A stretch of 64,000 nt of DNA from an uncultured Chloroflexia bacterium (GCA_963746845.1 CAVVCZ010000008.1:1-64000); one strand, 5' to 3'; positions 29,721 through 40,099 are shown, counted from the stretch's first letter. Translations and numbers: made by a program. The notes: generated by a model from the sequence alone, not told the origin.

Positions 29721-30284
29721 GGTCGCCTTCTGCTCTCGCACGGCCGACCAGTCCTCATGCCGCAGCCGGTACAGCACGTGCGGCCGTTGCGGATGCCCGT
29801 CCGGCAGGTTCGGGTGCGGGAAGTCGTCGGCGGGATCGTGGGTCATCCCGATCCGGCGCATGACCGCCTGTGATCGCTCGTTCGCGACCGTCGTCACCGA
29901 CACGATCTCGGGGACCCGCAGCACCTCGAACGCGAACGCCGCGGCGGCGCGTGCGGCCTCGGTCGCGTAGCCTCGGCCCCAGGCGAACCGGGCGAACCGC
30001 CAGCCGATCTCCGGCTCCGGCAGCCACGCCAGCCGCGCGATCCCGGTGAACCCGAGAAACGCCCCGTCGGCCGTCCGCTCCACGGCCCACAGGCCGTGTC
30101 CGTCGGTCGCCCATCGGGTCGCGATCCGTTCGACGAGCGCGTCGCTCTCCGGGCGCGTAAGCGTCGACGGGAAGTGCTCCATCACCGCGGAATCCGCGTT
30201 CAGCGCCGCGAACGGCTCCAGATCCGCGTCGCGGAAGCCACGCAGGCGGAGCCGCTCGGTCGTCAGTTCCGGGACGGCGGGCAC
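29718..30284 (-). CDS. GNAT N-acetyltransferase (RimJ/RimL-like)
   Basis: TERLRLR, EIGWR....WGRGYATEAA, N.RS..VM.RIGM. Confidence 0.92.
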   Translation of the reverse strand: MPAVPELTTERLRLRGFRDADLEPFAALNADSAVMEHFPSTLTRPESDALVERIATRWATDGHGLWAVERTADGAFLGFTGIARLAWLPEPEIGWRFARFAWGRGYATEAARAAAAFAFEVLRVPEIVSVTTVANERSQAVMRRIGMTHDPADDFPHPNLPDGHPQRPHVLYRLRHEDWSAVREQKAT

Positions 30285-30297
30285 GCTCCGGACGGCC

Positions 30298-31095
30298 TCA
30301 GCGCGCCTCGAACGAGCGCTTCGACAGCCCGTAGGCGAAGCCTTCGATTGCGTAGTCCGGCCGGTCGTCCGGTCGCGCGACCGCGCCGAGCGTCACGAAC
30401 ACCGGTGCGAAGTGCTCGACCGTCGGGTGCGCGTACGGCATCCCCGGCGCCTTCTCGCGGAACGCGAACAGCTCGTCGACGTCGCCCCGGTTCAGCGCCT
30501 CCATCGCCCACTGGTCGAAGTCGATCGACCACTGCGGCGCGCCGGGCTTGCCCATGAAGTACTCGTGGACGAACGGCAGCCCGTGGGTCAGGAAGCCGCT
30601 GCCGACGATCAGGACGCCCTCGTCGCGGAGCGGCGCCAGCCGCCGCCCGATCTCGAACAGGTGCTCCGGATCCAGGTCCGGCATCGACATCTGGAGGACG
30701 GGGATGTCGGCATCCGGATACATCGCCATGAGCGGCACCCAGGCGCCGTGGTCGAGCCCGCGGTTCGGTCGCTCGAGGACCGGCTCGGTCGACGGCATCA
30801 GGCCGCGGACCTTCGCGGCGAGGTCCGGCGCGCCGGGCGCGTCGTAGCGGAGCCGGTAGTAGTGCTCCGGGAAGCCGTAGAAGTCGTAGACCAACGGGAC
30901 CGGCGCGGTCGCGCTGATCGCCATCGGGGCGGTCTGCCAGTGGGCGCTCACGATCAGGATCGCGCTGGGTCGGCGCAGGCCCGCCGCCCAGCCACCGAGC
31001 TCGGCCATCCACTCGGCGTCCTCGAGGAGGGGCGGGGCGCCGTGCCCGAGATACAGGGCGGGCATCCGGCTCGGTTCGCTGTGCTGGTCGGTCAT
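30298..31095 (-). CDS. Extradiol ring-cleavage dioxygenase (LigB/DODA/YgiD family)
   Basis: PALYLGHGAP, SAHW, YDFYGFP, RGLDHGAWVP, GSG..TH, AHPT.EHF. Confidence 0.92.
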   Translation of the reverse strand: MTDQHSEPSRMPALYLGHGAPPLLEDAEWMAELGGWAAGLRRPSAILIVSAHWQTAPMAISATAPVPLVYDFYGFPEHYYRLRYDAPGAPDLAAKVRGLMPSTEPVLERPNRGLDHGAWVPLMAMYPDADIPVLQMSMPDLDPEHLFEIGRRLAPLRDEGVLIVGSGFLTHGLPFVHEYFMGKPGAPQWSIDFDQWAMEALNRGDVDELFAFREKAPGMPYAHPTVEHFAPVFVTLGAVARPDDRPDYAIEGFAYGLSKRSFEAR

Positions 31096-31186
31096 CGCGT
31101 GGGTCTCCGTGGGCTGTGCAAACAGAGCGTACCGAAGACCGCCCGACCGCAACCGGTGCCGTCCCCGGCGGGTTACGGTGACGACG

Positions 31187-31837
31187 ATGCCTGCCGCTCG
31201 GCGCACGCCCGCGACACCCGAGTCGCTCGATGACGTCCGCCTCCGCGCGGCTGCCGCGGAGCTTGCGGCCCGGGACCCCGACCTCGGCGGGATCCTCGCG
31301 CGCCACGGGCCGCCGCCGCTGTGGGCCCGGCCACCCGGCTTCGAGACGCTCGTCGCGATCGTCCTGGAGCAACAGGTGTCGCTCGCCTCCGGCGCGGCCG
31401 CGCTCGACCGCCTCCGCGCGGCTGCCGGCGCCATCGAGCCGGATGCGGTCGCCGCCCTGGGCGAGGATCGTGCCCGAGGCGCGGGGCTGACCCGCCAGAA
31501 GGCCCGCTACGTCGTCGGGCTGGCCGACGCCACCCTCGACGGGCGGTTCGACCCGGAGGCAGTCGCCGCGGCGGACGACGACCTCGCGCGCGCCACGCTC
31601 ACGGCGCTGCTCGGGATCGGCCGCTGGACGGCCGACATCTACCTGCTGATGGCGCTCGGCCGGCCGGACGTCTGGCCCATCGGCGATCTGGCGCTGGCCA
31701 CGGCGATGCGTCGCGCGAAACGCCTGACCGCGCTCCCGACCACGCTCGAGCAGGAAGCGATCGCGGACCGCTGGCGGCCCTGGCGCGCCGTCGCGGCCCG
31801 ACTCCTGTGGCACGCCTACCTCGCGGGGGAGCGCTGA
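31187..31837 (+). CDS. alkA: DNA-3-methyladenine glycosylase II (AlkA-like, HhH-GPD)
   Basis: FETLV..VLEQQVS, GIGRWTADIYL, DVWPIGDL, WRPWR..AAR.LW. Confidence 0.85.
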   Translation: MPAARRTPATPESLDDVRLRAAAAELAARDPDLGGILARHGPPPLWARPPGFETLVAIVLEQQVSLASGAAALDRLRAAAGAIEPDAVAALGEDRARGAGLTRQKARYVVGLADATLDGRFDPEAVAAADDDLARATLTALLGIGRWTADIYLLMALGRPDVWPIGDLALATAMRRAKRLTALPTTLEQEAIADRWRPWRAVAARLLWHAYLAGER

Positions 31838-31860
31838 ACCTCCGGAATTCTCGGGACCCT

Positions 31861-31893
31861 TCTCAGCGACTTCTCACCCGACCGGCCGAACCT
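31861..31893 (+). promoter_or_regulatory. OmpR/MprA-type direct-repeat box plus -10
   Basis: TCTCAG-CGACT-TCTCAC-N10-GAACCT, with an extra TCTCGG at 31849. Confidence 0.55.
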
Positions 31894-31948
31894 CCGAGCG
31901 TTGCGCCCCCTCCTCTCAACGGGCGCCGCTGGAGGGCTTGGTCCGGCC

Positions 31949-33136
31949 ATGAAGCTGAAGGTCCTCGCGATCGTCGTCCTCCTCGTCGTCGGCGGCGCCG
32001 CGCTGTTCGTCGCCTCGGGAGGGCTCCCGCGGAACACCTCGGCGGCCGTGACGTATCTCACCTCCCCAGCGACCGTCGCCGACGTCAGCAACGACGTCGC
32101 CGCCACCGGCTCGATCGCCGCGTCGACGAGCTGGAGCCTCGCCTTCGGGAGCGCCCCGACGGTCGGCACCACGGACACCTCCTCGTCCTCCTCGAGCAGC
32201 TCGGGCTCGACGGGCACCTGGCACGTCGCCAGGGTCTCGGTGAAGGTCGGCGACGCGGTGACCGCGAAGCAGGTTCTCTCGACCGCGACCAACACGACCC
32301 TCGCCCAGAGCATCGCGCAGGCGAAGAACAGCGTCACCAGCGCCAACATCCAGCTCCTCCAGGCCCAGGACGCGTACGACGCCGCGACCACGACCGACGC
32401 GATCCGTCAGACCCGGGTCCAGCTCCTCAACGCGCAGAACGGCTATGACCAGGCGAAGGCCAGCCTCCGCGACCTCCAGGCGACCGCCGCCCATCCGGCG
32501 CTGATCGCACCGGCCGCCGGCGTCGTCACCGCCGTGAACATCACCGACGGCGCCGACGCTCCATCCGGCGCGGCGATCACGATCGACGCCAGCACCTACC
32601 AGGTGACCGCCGACGTCGTCGAGAGCGACGTGTCGTCGATCCAGGTCGGGCAGGCGGCCGACGTCACGGTCGCCGCCATCGGCGCGGACCTGACGGGCAA
32701 GGTCGCCACGATCGCCCCGACCGCCGCGTCGACGGGCTCGTCGAGCTCGGTCGTCTCGTTCGCGGTCGCGATCGACGTCCAGACGCCGCCCAAGGAGCTC
32801 CGCTCCGGGATGACCGCCGACATCACGATCACGACGGCGTCGGCCGCGAACGTCCTCGCGGTGCCGGCCGCCGCGATCCGCGGCACGTCCGGCAGCTACT
32901 CGGTCCTCGTCCTCGTCGACGGGACGCCGGAGTCCCGCCCGGTCGACGTCGGGCTCATGACGAGCTCCCTCGTCGAGATCAAGTCCGGTCTGAACCAGGG
33001 CGACGAGGTCGTCATCGGGACGAGCAGCCAGCAGCGTGCCGGCACCGTCACCAACGGGTTCGGCGGCGCCGGGCAGTTCGTCGTCCCGGGCGCCGGCGGC
33101 CGGGTCAACGGCGGCGGCCGCGGCGCGGGCAACTGA
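31949..33136 (+). CDS. Efflux periplasmic adaptor subunit (MacA/HlyD-like)
   Basis: VKVGDAV, coiled coil, LIAPAAGVV, LRSGMTA, V.VG......VEI.SGL..GDEV. Confidence 0.88.
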   Translation: MKLKVLAIVVLLVVGGAALFVASGGLPRNTSAAVTYLTSPATVADVSNDVAATGSIAASTSWSLAFGSAPTVGTTDTSSSSSSSSGSTGTWHVARVSVKVGDAVTAKQVLSTATNTTLAQSIAQAKNSVTSANIQLLQAQDAYDAATTTDAIRQTRVQLLNAQNGYDQAKASLRDLQATAAHPALIAPAAGVVTAVNITDGADAPSGAAITIDASTYQVTADVVESDVSSIQVGQAADVTVAAIGADLTGKVATIAPTAASTGSSSSVVSFAVAIDVQTPPKELRSGMTADITITTASAANVLAVPAAAIRGTSGSYSVLVLVDGTPESRPVDVGLMTSSLVEIKSGLNQGDEVVIGTSSQQRAGTVTNGFGGAGQFVVPGAGGRVNGGGRGAGN

Positions 33137-33137
33137 C

Positions 33138-33899
33138 GTGGGCCTCCGCCTGTCGGGGCGAGGCCCCCTGCAGGGTCCGGTGCCGGGCCTGACGAGCGAG
33201 GTGCCGGCGGGGCCGGCCCCGATCGTCGCGCTCGAGCGCGTGAGCCGGACCTACGCGATGGACGGCGTCCGTGTCGACGCCCTGCGCGACGTCACTCTCC
33301 AGGTCCGACCCGGCGAGTTCGTCGCGATCGTCGGGCCGTCGGGGTCCGGCAAGAGCACGATGATGAACATCGTTGGCTGTCTGGACCGGCCGAGCGCCGG
33401 CGTCTACCGGCTCGCCGGCACGCTCGTCGCGGAGCTCGATGATGACGGCCTGGCGCGGCTGCGGAGCCGGACGATCGGGTTCGTCTTCCAGTCCTACAAC
33501 CTCCTGCCACGGACCACGGCGCTCGACAACGTCGCGACGCCCCTCCTCTACCAGGGCGTCGGACGGAAGGAGCGGGTCGCCCGCGCCACCGCCGCGCTCG
33601 AGCGGCTCGGGCTGGCCGACCGCCTTCACCACGAGCCGAGCCAGCTGTCGGGCGGCCAGCAGCAGCGCGTCGCGGTCGCCCGCGCGATCGTGACCGACCC
33701 GGCCCTGATCCTCGCCGACGAGCCGACCGGCAACCTCGACAGTGCGTCCGGCCAGGATGTCCTCGCGGTCCTGCGCGAGCTCCACGCGGCCGGCCGGACG
33801 ATCGTCCTCATCACCCACGATTCCGACGTCGCCGCCGCCGCGAGCCGCCAGGTCCACATCCGCGACGGCCAGCTGACGGACGGGTGGCTGGCCGCGTGA
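33138..33899 (+). CDS. ABC transporter ATP-binding protein (MacB-like)
   Basis: [35 protein letters not shown]. Confidence 0.93.
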   Translation: MGLRLSGRGPLQGPVPGLTSEVPAGPAPIVALERVSRTYAMDGVRVDALRDVTLQVRPGEFVAIVGPSGSGKSTMMNIVGCLDRPSAGVYRLAGTLVAELDDDGLARLRSRTIGFVFQSYNLLPRTTALDNVATPLLYQGVGRKERVARATAALERLGLADRLHHEPSQLSGGQQQRVAVARAIVTDPALILADEPTGNLDSASGQDVLAVLRELHAAGRTIVLITHDSDVAAAASRQVHIRDGQLTDGWLAA

Positions 33900-35080
33900 A
33901 CGCCTTCGAGCTCCTCCGTCTCGCGCTCTCGCGGCTCCGGACGAGCCGGCTCCGGGCCGCGCTCACGATGCTCGGCGTCGTCATCGGCGTCGCATCGGTC
34001 GTCGCGCTCGTCGGGGTCGGCCAGGGCACGACCTCGAACATCACCAGCCGGCTGGCGAGCCTCGGGACGAACCTTCTCACGATCAGCCCGACCGGCGGCT
34101 CCAGCGAGCATCCCCTGAGCCTCGACGATGCGGACGCGATCGCGAAGGTCCCGGGCGTCGCGGCAGTCGCGCCGGAGCTCCAGACCTCGGTGACGGTGGC
34201 CGTCGGGACCCAGTCCACGACGACGTCCCTGATCGGGACGAGCGCCGACTACGCGCAGGTCCGCGCGTACGACGTGTGGCAGGGCTCGTTCCTGACCGAT
34301 GCCAGCGTCGAGACCGGCCTCCGGGTCGCGGTCCTCGGCGCGACGACCGCGAGCGACCTGAACCTCGACGCGACCGCGATCGGGTCGACGATCCAGGTGA
34401 ACGGGCTGCCGTTCCAGGTGATGGGGATCCTCCAGCCGAAGGGCGGCTCGGGCTTCGCGAACCCGGACGACGAAGTGCTCGTGCCGATCGCGGCCGTCCA
34501 CAAGTACTTCATCGCCGGCGACGACGTCCGCACGATCGGCGTGAGCGTCGCCTCGGACGACCAGATGACGGACGTCACGAATGCGATCACCGCGCTCCTC
34601 CGCGACCGGCACCAGCTCGCCGCGACCGACAGCGCCGACTTCTCGGTGTTCAACCAGACCCAGCTCCTCGACGCCGCCTCGTCGATCAGCGCGACACTGA
34701 CGCTCCTGCTGGGCGGGATCGCCTCGATCTCGCTCATCGTGGGCGGCATCGGGATCATGAACATCATGCTGGTCTCGGTCCGTGAGCGGACCCGCGAGAT
34801 CGGCATCCGCAAGGCCGTGGGGGCACGCGGCCGCGACATCCTCGCCCAGTTCCTGATCGAGGCCCTGACCCTGTCGCTGCTCGGCGGGCTGATCGGGATC
34901 GTGCTGGGGCTCGCCGTGTCCGCCCTGATCGGCCAGCTGGCCGGCTGGGGCTTCCAGTTCAGCATCTCGACCGTCGCGGCGGCGGTCCTGTTCAGCCTCG
35001 CCGTCGGCGTCGTGTTCGGCGTCTGGCCCGCACGCCAGGCGGCCCGTCTCGACCCGATCAACGCCCTCCGCTACGAATAG
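33896..35080 (+). CDS. MacB-like ABC permease
   Basis: LTMLGVVIGVASV, GGIGIMNIMLVSVRERTREIGIRKAVGA, LDPINALRYE. Confidence 0.93.
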   Translation: MNAFELLRLALSRLRTSRLRAALTMLGVVIGVASVVALVGVGQGTTSNITSRLASLGTNLLTISPTGGSSEHPLSLDDADAIAKVPGVAAVAPELQTSVTVAVGTQSTTTSLIGTSADYAQVRAYDVWQGSFLTDASVETGLRVAVLGATTASDLNLDATAIGSTIQVNGLPFQVMGILQPKGGSGFANPDDEVLVPIAAVHKYFIAGDDVRTIGVSVASDDQMTDVTNAITALLRDRHQLAATDSADFSVFNQTQLLDAASSISATLTLLLGGIASISLIVGGIGIMNIMLVSVRERTREIGIRKAVGARGRDILAQFLIEALTLSLLGGLIGIVLGLAVSALIGQLAGWGFQFSISTVAAAVLFSLAVGVVFGVWPARQAARLDPINALRYE

Positions 35081-35093
35081 GGAGCCACCCTCG

Positions 35094-35780
35094 ATGACCG
35101 ACCCGACCCGTCCGACCGACCCGACCCAGCCCGCGCCGGCCGGCAACCCGTTCTCCACCCCTGCCGGAACGCCCGCACCCGGTGCCAGCCCGTTCGCGAG
35201 CCCGGCCGCCCCGCCGCCGGCGACGGCCCCGGTCCCGGTCGCGCCGGTCAAGCGCCGATCGAGCGCCGGGCTGCTCGTCAACGTCCTCCTCGGCGTCGCC
35301 GTCGTCGTGGCGGTCGGCGGCGTCGCGTTCGCCGCGGGTCGCGCCACGGCCCCGACGACGACGGCCGCGAACGGCCGCTTCGGCGGAAACGGCGCCGGCG
35401 GCTTCGGCCCGAACGCGAGCGGCGCCCCCGGTCGCGGCGGCGCGTTCCAGGGCGTCTTCGGGGGGGGTGGCGTCACCGTCGAAGGCACGGTCACCGCTGT
35501 GGCGGCCGACTCGATCACGATCCAGCTCTCGTCCGGCCAGGCGGTCACGATCCCGACCAGCAGCGACACGACCTACCACAGCCAGACAGCGGCTTCGTCG
35601 TCTGACGTGACGACCGGCGCGACCGTCAAGGTCGAGCTGAGCGGCGGCGGACGGTTCGCGGGCGGCGGTCAGGGCACCGGCGGCAACGGCAACGGCGGCA
35701 ACGCGCCGACCGCGAGCGGCGCGCCCGGCCGCGGCCTTGGCTCGGCGAGCAGCGTCACGGTGGTCCCGGCCGGGAGCTGA
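35094..35780 (+). CDS. Membrane-anchored Gly-rich accessory protein with OB-like (DUF5666-like) domain
   Basis: TM segment, GTVTAV.ADSITI......VTI.....T, DV..GATV.V. Confidence 0.65.
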   Translation: MTDPTRPTDPTQPAPAGNPFSTPAGTPAPGASPFASPAAPPPATAPVPVAPVKRRSSAGLLVNVLLGVAVVVAVGGVAFAAGRATAPTTTAANGRFGGNGAGGFGPNASGAPGRGGAFQGVFGGGGVTVEGTVTAVAADSITIQLSSGQAVTIPTSSDTTYHSQTAASSSDVTTGATVKVELSGGGRFAGGGQGTGGNGNGGNAPTASGAPGRGLGSASSVTVVPAGS

Positions 35781-37080
35781 CCTCGCGGGACGCAGCCTCC
35801 GTGCTCGAAAGACGCGCCGCGGTTCCCCGCGGCGCGTCGGGTGCCCGGCGCGGGATCATGATCGCGGCCACGACCCCGGCGACGACCGCCGCGATCGCCC
35901 CGACGACGATCGCCAGCTCGATGGACTGCGTCGCGAGGACACCCGCGAGGGCCGCCCCGATCGGGTAGCCGAGGAAGTTGAAGCCCATCGAGACCGCGAA
36001 CGCCCGGCCCATCCAGGCCTGGTCCGTCCGGCGTTGCCGGATCGTGAACAGCCCGATGTCCATCGGGCCGTTGAGCAGCCCGCCGAGGGCGAGACCGAAC
36101 ACGACGAAGGCAAACCCGACGGCCGCCGTCGCGGCGCCGGCACCCGCGAGGAGGAGCAGGTTCGCGGCCGCGATCCCGCCCATGGGCAGCACGAGCAGGT
36201 TCCACTCGCGGCCACGCGTGTCCATCTGGCCCGCGATCAGGGCGGCGATCATCCCGGCGATGCCCGACGCCGCGAATGCGAGCCCGACCGCCACCTCCGG
36301 CAGCCCGAGCTCGCGGACGACGATCAGCGGGACGACGATCGTCACCATGCCGCCCGAGAGGTTCAGGAGCGAGATCGACACGCCCAGCCCGCGGAGCGTC
36401 GGGTTGCGGACCGTGTACTTGACCCCCTCCCACGCGTCGCCGAGCAGGCTGCCCGACGATGAGCTGCTGGTGTCCGGGTCCGGCGCGCCGATCATCGCGA
36501 TCGTGGCGGCGCCGAAGACGAGCCCGATCAGGATCAGCGCCGTCGCCCCGCCGAACAGTGACACGAGAGCCGCGGCAAGCGGCGGCCCGATGATCGTGGC
36601 GACGAGGTACCCGTTCGAGTCGATGGCGTTGACCCGTTCCCAGAGCCGCTCCGGGACGATCAGCGGGAACAGGCTCCGGAGGCCCGTCGCGGACAGGATC
36701 GAGGTCAGCGAGCTGACGATCGTGATCGCGAACAGGAGCGGCACCGGCAGGGCGCCCGCGAGGGCGAGACCGCCGATCAGCGCCAGCGAGGTCATCGCCA
36801 CCGCGTAGTCGATGATCACGAGCTTCGTCCGGCCCTGGCGGTCGAGGAGCGCCCCGGCAATCGGCGCGATGAGGATCCCGGGCAGGACGCTCGCCGCGGT
36901 GATCAGCCCGGTCAACGCGGGCGAGTTGTACTCCTCGAGGGTGAACAGGACGAGTGCGACGCCGACCATCGCCTGGGCGATGCGCGCCAGCATCATCGAG
37001 GTGAGGATCCGGCGGAGCCCCGGGATCGCGAACAGCGCGCGGTACGAGCGTTCGATCCGTGGGCTCGGGCTCGGGGTCAC
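35755..37080 (-). CDS. MFS transporter
   Basis: About 12 TM segments, GALLDRQGR motif A, MGRAF. Confidence 0.9.
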   Translation of the reverse strand: MTPSPSPRIERSYRALFAIPGLRRILTSMMLARIAQAMVGVALVLFTLEEYNSPALTGLITAASVLPGILIAPIAGALLDRQGRTKLVIIDYAVAMTSLALIGGLALAGALPVPLLFAITIVSSLTSILSATGLRSLFPLIVPERLWERVNAIDSNGYLVATIIGPPLAAALVSLFGGATALILIGLVFGAATIAMIGAPDPDTSSSSSGSLLGDAWEGVKYTVRNPTLRGLGVSISLLNLSGGMVTIVVPLIVVRELGLPEVAVGLAFAASGIAGMIAALIAGQMDTRGREWNLLVLPMGGIAAANLLLLAGAGAATAAVGFAFVVFGLALGGLLNGPMDIGLFTIRQRRTDQAWMGRAFAVSMGFNFLGYPIGAALAGVLATQSIELAIVVGAIAAVVAGVVAAIMIPRRAPDAPRGTAARLSSTEAASREVSSRPGPP

Positions 37081-37228
37081 GAGCCGATGCTATCCGCCGG
37101 CCAGCCGGCGCGAGATCCGCACGCTTCTCCGCGTCGACGTGACCCTTGCCGACAGCCGCGACGACGCGCAGGATGTCCGGCGTCCGGGCCATGTCCCACC
37201 GGACCAATGGGAGGGATAGGAGGAATCC

Positions 37229-38698
37229 GTGGCGTCATCGACTGGGGGAGCCAGCCTCGAGCGGAACGCGATCGGTCTCACGGAGGTCCTGTTTCAATCG
37301 ATCACCCACATGGCGCCGGCGGTCGCCACGGCCCTCTCCATCGGGCTGGCGACGACCCTGGCCGGCGGGATCACCCCGCTCGCGGTGCTCTTCGCGCTCA
37401 TCGCGTGCCTGTTCACGGCCTATTCGATGAGCCAGCTCGCCCGCCACATGTCCTCGGCCGGCGGCATGTACACGTACGTCACGCGCGGTCTCGGCTCGTT
37501 CGTGGGCTGGCTGATGGCGTGGGCGTTCACCCTCGCCGAGCCGATCGTGCCGGCCGCCCTGTTCGGCGCGTTCGGGTTCTTCGGGGCGTCGTTCATCACC
37601 GAGCTGACCGGCTTCTCGAACGAGTGGCTGTGGCTCGTGCTCGCGGTGATCTGCGGCCTGATCGTCTGGTTCCTGACGTTCCGCGGGATCGAGATCTCCA
37701 CGCGGACCGGCGTCGTGCTTGGCCTGATCGAGATCGCGATCTTCCTCGCGGTCTCCGTGCTGCTGATCGCGAACGCAGCGCAGCCGATCAACACCGCGGT
37801 GTTCATCCCGCCTGACGGGAACATCCAGCCGGCGTTCCAGGGCATGGTCTTCTGCATCCTGGCGTTCGTCGGGTTCGAGGCGGCCGCACCGCTCGGCGAG
37901 GAGACGCGCGAGCCACGCTCGACGATCCCCCGGGCGATCATCCTGTCCTGCCTGCTGATCGGGCTGTTCTACATCTTCTGCTACTACGCGGCGACGGTGT
38001 ACTTCGGCCCCGACAAGATGAAGACCGACTTCCTCGGCTACAACGAGGGCAACCCGTGGGCCGGGATGGCGAACAACATCCTGCCCACGATCGGCAGCCT
38101 CCTCGTGACGTTCGCGATCGTGAACAGCTGCCTCGCCAACTCGAACGCCGGGGCGATCGCGTCGACCCGGTCGATCTTCTCGCTCGGCCGGGCCGGGCTC
38201 CTGCCGCGGGCGCTGGGCGCCGTGCATCCGACCTATCAGACGCCGGCCCTCGCGACCCACGTCCAGGGCATCATCGGGATCGTCCTCGCGGTCGGGCTCG
38301 GGCTCCTGTTCAACAGCTACCCGAGCGGCGGCCCGATCACGACCTACGGCTTCATCGGGACCATGCTCGGGCTGCTGTTCGCGGCGATGTACATCCTCGT
38401 GAACGCGGCCGCGATCGGGTTCTTCCTCGGCCCGGCGAGGGCCGACTTCAACATCCTCAAGCACATCGTCGTGCCGGTGCTCGGGATCCTGGCGATGGTC
38501 GTCGGGTTCCTGTCGGCGCTCGGCGGGGTCTCGATCCCGATCCTCGGGGTGGATCTGCCGCCGCTGCCGGAGCCGTACAACTACGCGCCGCTCGTCGCCG
38601 GCATCTGGATGCTGATCGGCCTCGTGGCGTTCTTCCTGCTCCGGGCCCGGAGCCCGGAGGCGATCGGGCAGCTCGGGGCGGCCGTCGCCGAGGGCTGA
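37229..38698 (+). CDS. APC-family amino acid/amine permease
   Basis: SAGGMYTYV, AFVGFEAAAPLGEETREP..TIPRAI, about 12 TM segments. Confidence 0.9.
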   Translation: MASSTGGASLERNAIGLTEVLFQSITHMAPAVATALSIGLATTLAGGITPLAVLFALIACLFTAYSMSQLARHMSSAGGMYTYVTRGLGSFVGWLMAWAFTLAEPIVPAALFGAFGFFGASFITELTGFSNEWLWLVLAVICGLIVWFLTFRGIEISTRTGVVLGLIEIAIFLAVSVLLIANAAQPINTAVFIPPDGNIQPAFQGMVFCILAFVGFEAAAPLGEETREPRSTIPRAIILSCLLIGLFYIFCYYAATVYFGPDKMKTDFLGYNEGNPWAGMANNILPTIGSLLVTFAIVNSCLANSNAGAIASTRSIFSLGRAGLLPRALGAVHPTYQTPALATHVQGIIGIVLAVGLGLLFNSYPSGGPITTYGFIGTMLGLLFAAMYILVNAAAIGFFLGPARADFNILKHIVVPVLGILAMVVGFLSALGGVSIPILGVDLPPLPEPYNYAPLVAGIWMLIGLVAFFLLRARSPEAIGQLGAAVAEG

Positions 38699-38737
38699 GG
38701 GTCGTTCACCGCGGCCGGCGCACCGCGCCGGCCGCCG

Positions 38738-39667
38738 TCAGTCGAAGATCGACAGCGGGCAGTGGGCCGTGACGACGTAGTTCGGCATGTCCACGATCTC
38801 GCTGATCCGGAGATCGATCGCCACGCTCGCGAGCAGGTAGGCGTCGATCGACGCGATGCCGTGCTCGCGATCGAGCCAGTCGATCATCCGATGCAGCGCG
38901 TCGCGCGCCGCGCCGGCGAGATCCGGCCCGACGCCGTCCGTGGCGTAGCGCCGGCCGACCGGGGTCCTGACGTCCGCGGTCAGGAACTCGGGGCCGGTCA
39001 CCTGGAGGTCCTTGCGGACCGTCAGGCGGACGAGCGCCCGCATCGGCGTCTCGATCGCCGTCCCGCACACCTCGCCGTCGCCCTGGGCGGCATGGCCATC
39101 GCCCATCGACAGCCGCGCGCCGTCGTGGAAGACGGGCAGGAAGAGCGTCGAACCGGCGGTCAGGTGGCGGGTGTCCATGTTGCCGCCGAAGAGGCCCGGC
39201 GGGATCGTCGAGAGCGGTCCGGTCGGCGGGGCGACGCCGATCTCGCCGCAGAACGGCACGATCGGGACCCGGACGCCGGGCAGGAACTCCGCGCGCCGGC
39301 CGGCACGCGGCACCTTCGTGATCCGGAGGTACGGGTCCGCGAACTCGTCGGCGAGCAGCCCGAAGCCCGGGATGCTCGCCGTCCAGCCCCAGTCGGCCGG
39401 CTCGAACTCGAGCAGGTCGACCTGGAGCGTGTCGCCCGGCTCCGCGCCGGCGACCGCGATCGGCCCGTTGACCTGGTCGACCCGGTCGAAGTCGAGCCGG
39501 CCGAGGTCGTCGACGGTCGACGTCGCGTTGAGCTGGCCACCGGCGGCGTCGAGCAGGTCGAACTCGACGACGTCACCGCTGGCGACGGTCTCGATCGGCG
39601 GGATCGCGGGGTCCCACTTGAGGTGGAACCGGTCGCGGGTGACATGGATCGCCGGACGGGTCTGCAT
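38738..39667 (-). CDS. Acetamidase/formamidase family protein
   Basis: GPIAV.GAEPGD.L, GGNMD, LSMGDGHAAQGDGEVCGTAIE. Confidence 0.92.
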   Translation of the reverse strand: MQTRPAIHVTRDRFHLKWDPAIPPIETVASGDVVEFDLLDAAGGQLNATSTVDDLGRLDFDRVDQVNGPIAVAGAEPGDTLQVDLLEFEPADWGWTASIPGFGLLADEFADPYLRITKVPRAGRRAEFLPGVRVPIVPFCGEIGVAPPTGPLSTIPPGLFGGNMDTRHLTAGSTLFLPVFHDGARLSMGDGHAAQGDGEVCGTAIETPMRALVRLTVRKDLQVTGPEFLTADVRTPVGRRYATDGVGPDLAGAARDALHRMIDWLDREHGIASIDAYLLASVAIDLRISEIVDMPNYVVTAHCPLSIFD

Positions 39668-39733
39668 CGAGCCTCCTCCGCCCGGATTGTAGGCGTTGCG
39701 TTCGGACCCTCGGTCGTCCCGCGACGCCGCCCG

Positions 39734-40099
39734 TCAGGCGGAGGGCGGATCCCAGATCGTCGCGTCGACGACGGCCTTGAACAGGCCATTGCTCCACGGC
39801 GCGGCGAGGTCGTAATCGCCGAACGCGGACCACTCCCGGTTGAGCCGGCCGAAGTCGGAGTTCGGGTCCTTGGCCGCCGCCGCCAGCCGGTCCATCGCGG
39901 CGTAGCTGTCGAGCTCGACGAACGACCGGTAGTTGCCCGCTGCCTTGTCGGACGTGAACACGGTCGAGAACGTCCCGAGGTAGCGGCAACCGGCCGGATG
40001 CGCCTTCGCGAGCTTCTCCTCGTTGTCCAGCATCCACTGCTGGTGGGCTTCGTCCTGACCGACCTTCACCGTGTACCCGAACTCCTGGATGAAGCGCAT
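39734..40099 (-). CDS. Hypothetical small protein (possible dimeric alpha-beta barrel)
   Basis: SD AAGGAGG, coding-like codon usage. Confidence 0.65.
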   Translation of the reverse strand: MRFIQEFGYTVKVGQDEAHQQWMLDNEEKLAKAHPAGCRYLGTFSTVFTSDKAAGNYRSFVELDSYAAMDRLAAAAKDPNSDFGRLNREWSAFGDYDLAAPWSNGLFKAVVDATIWDPPSA

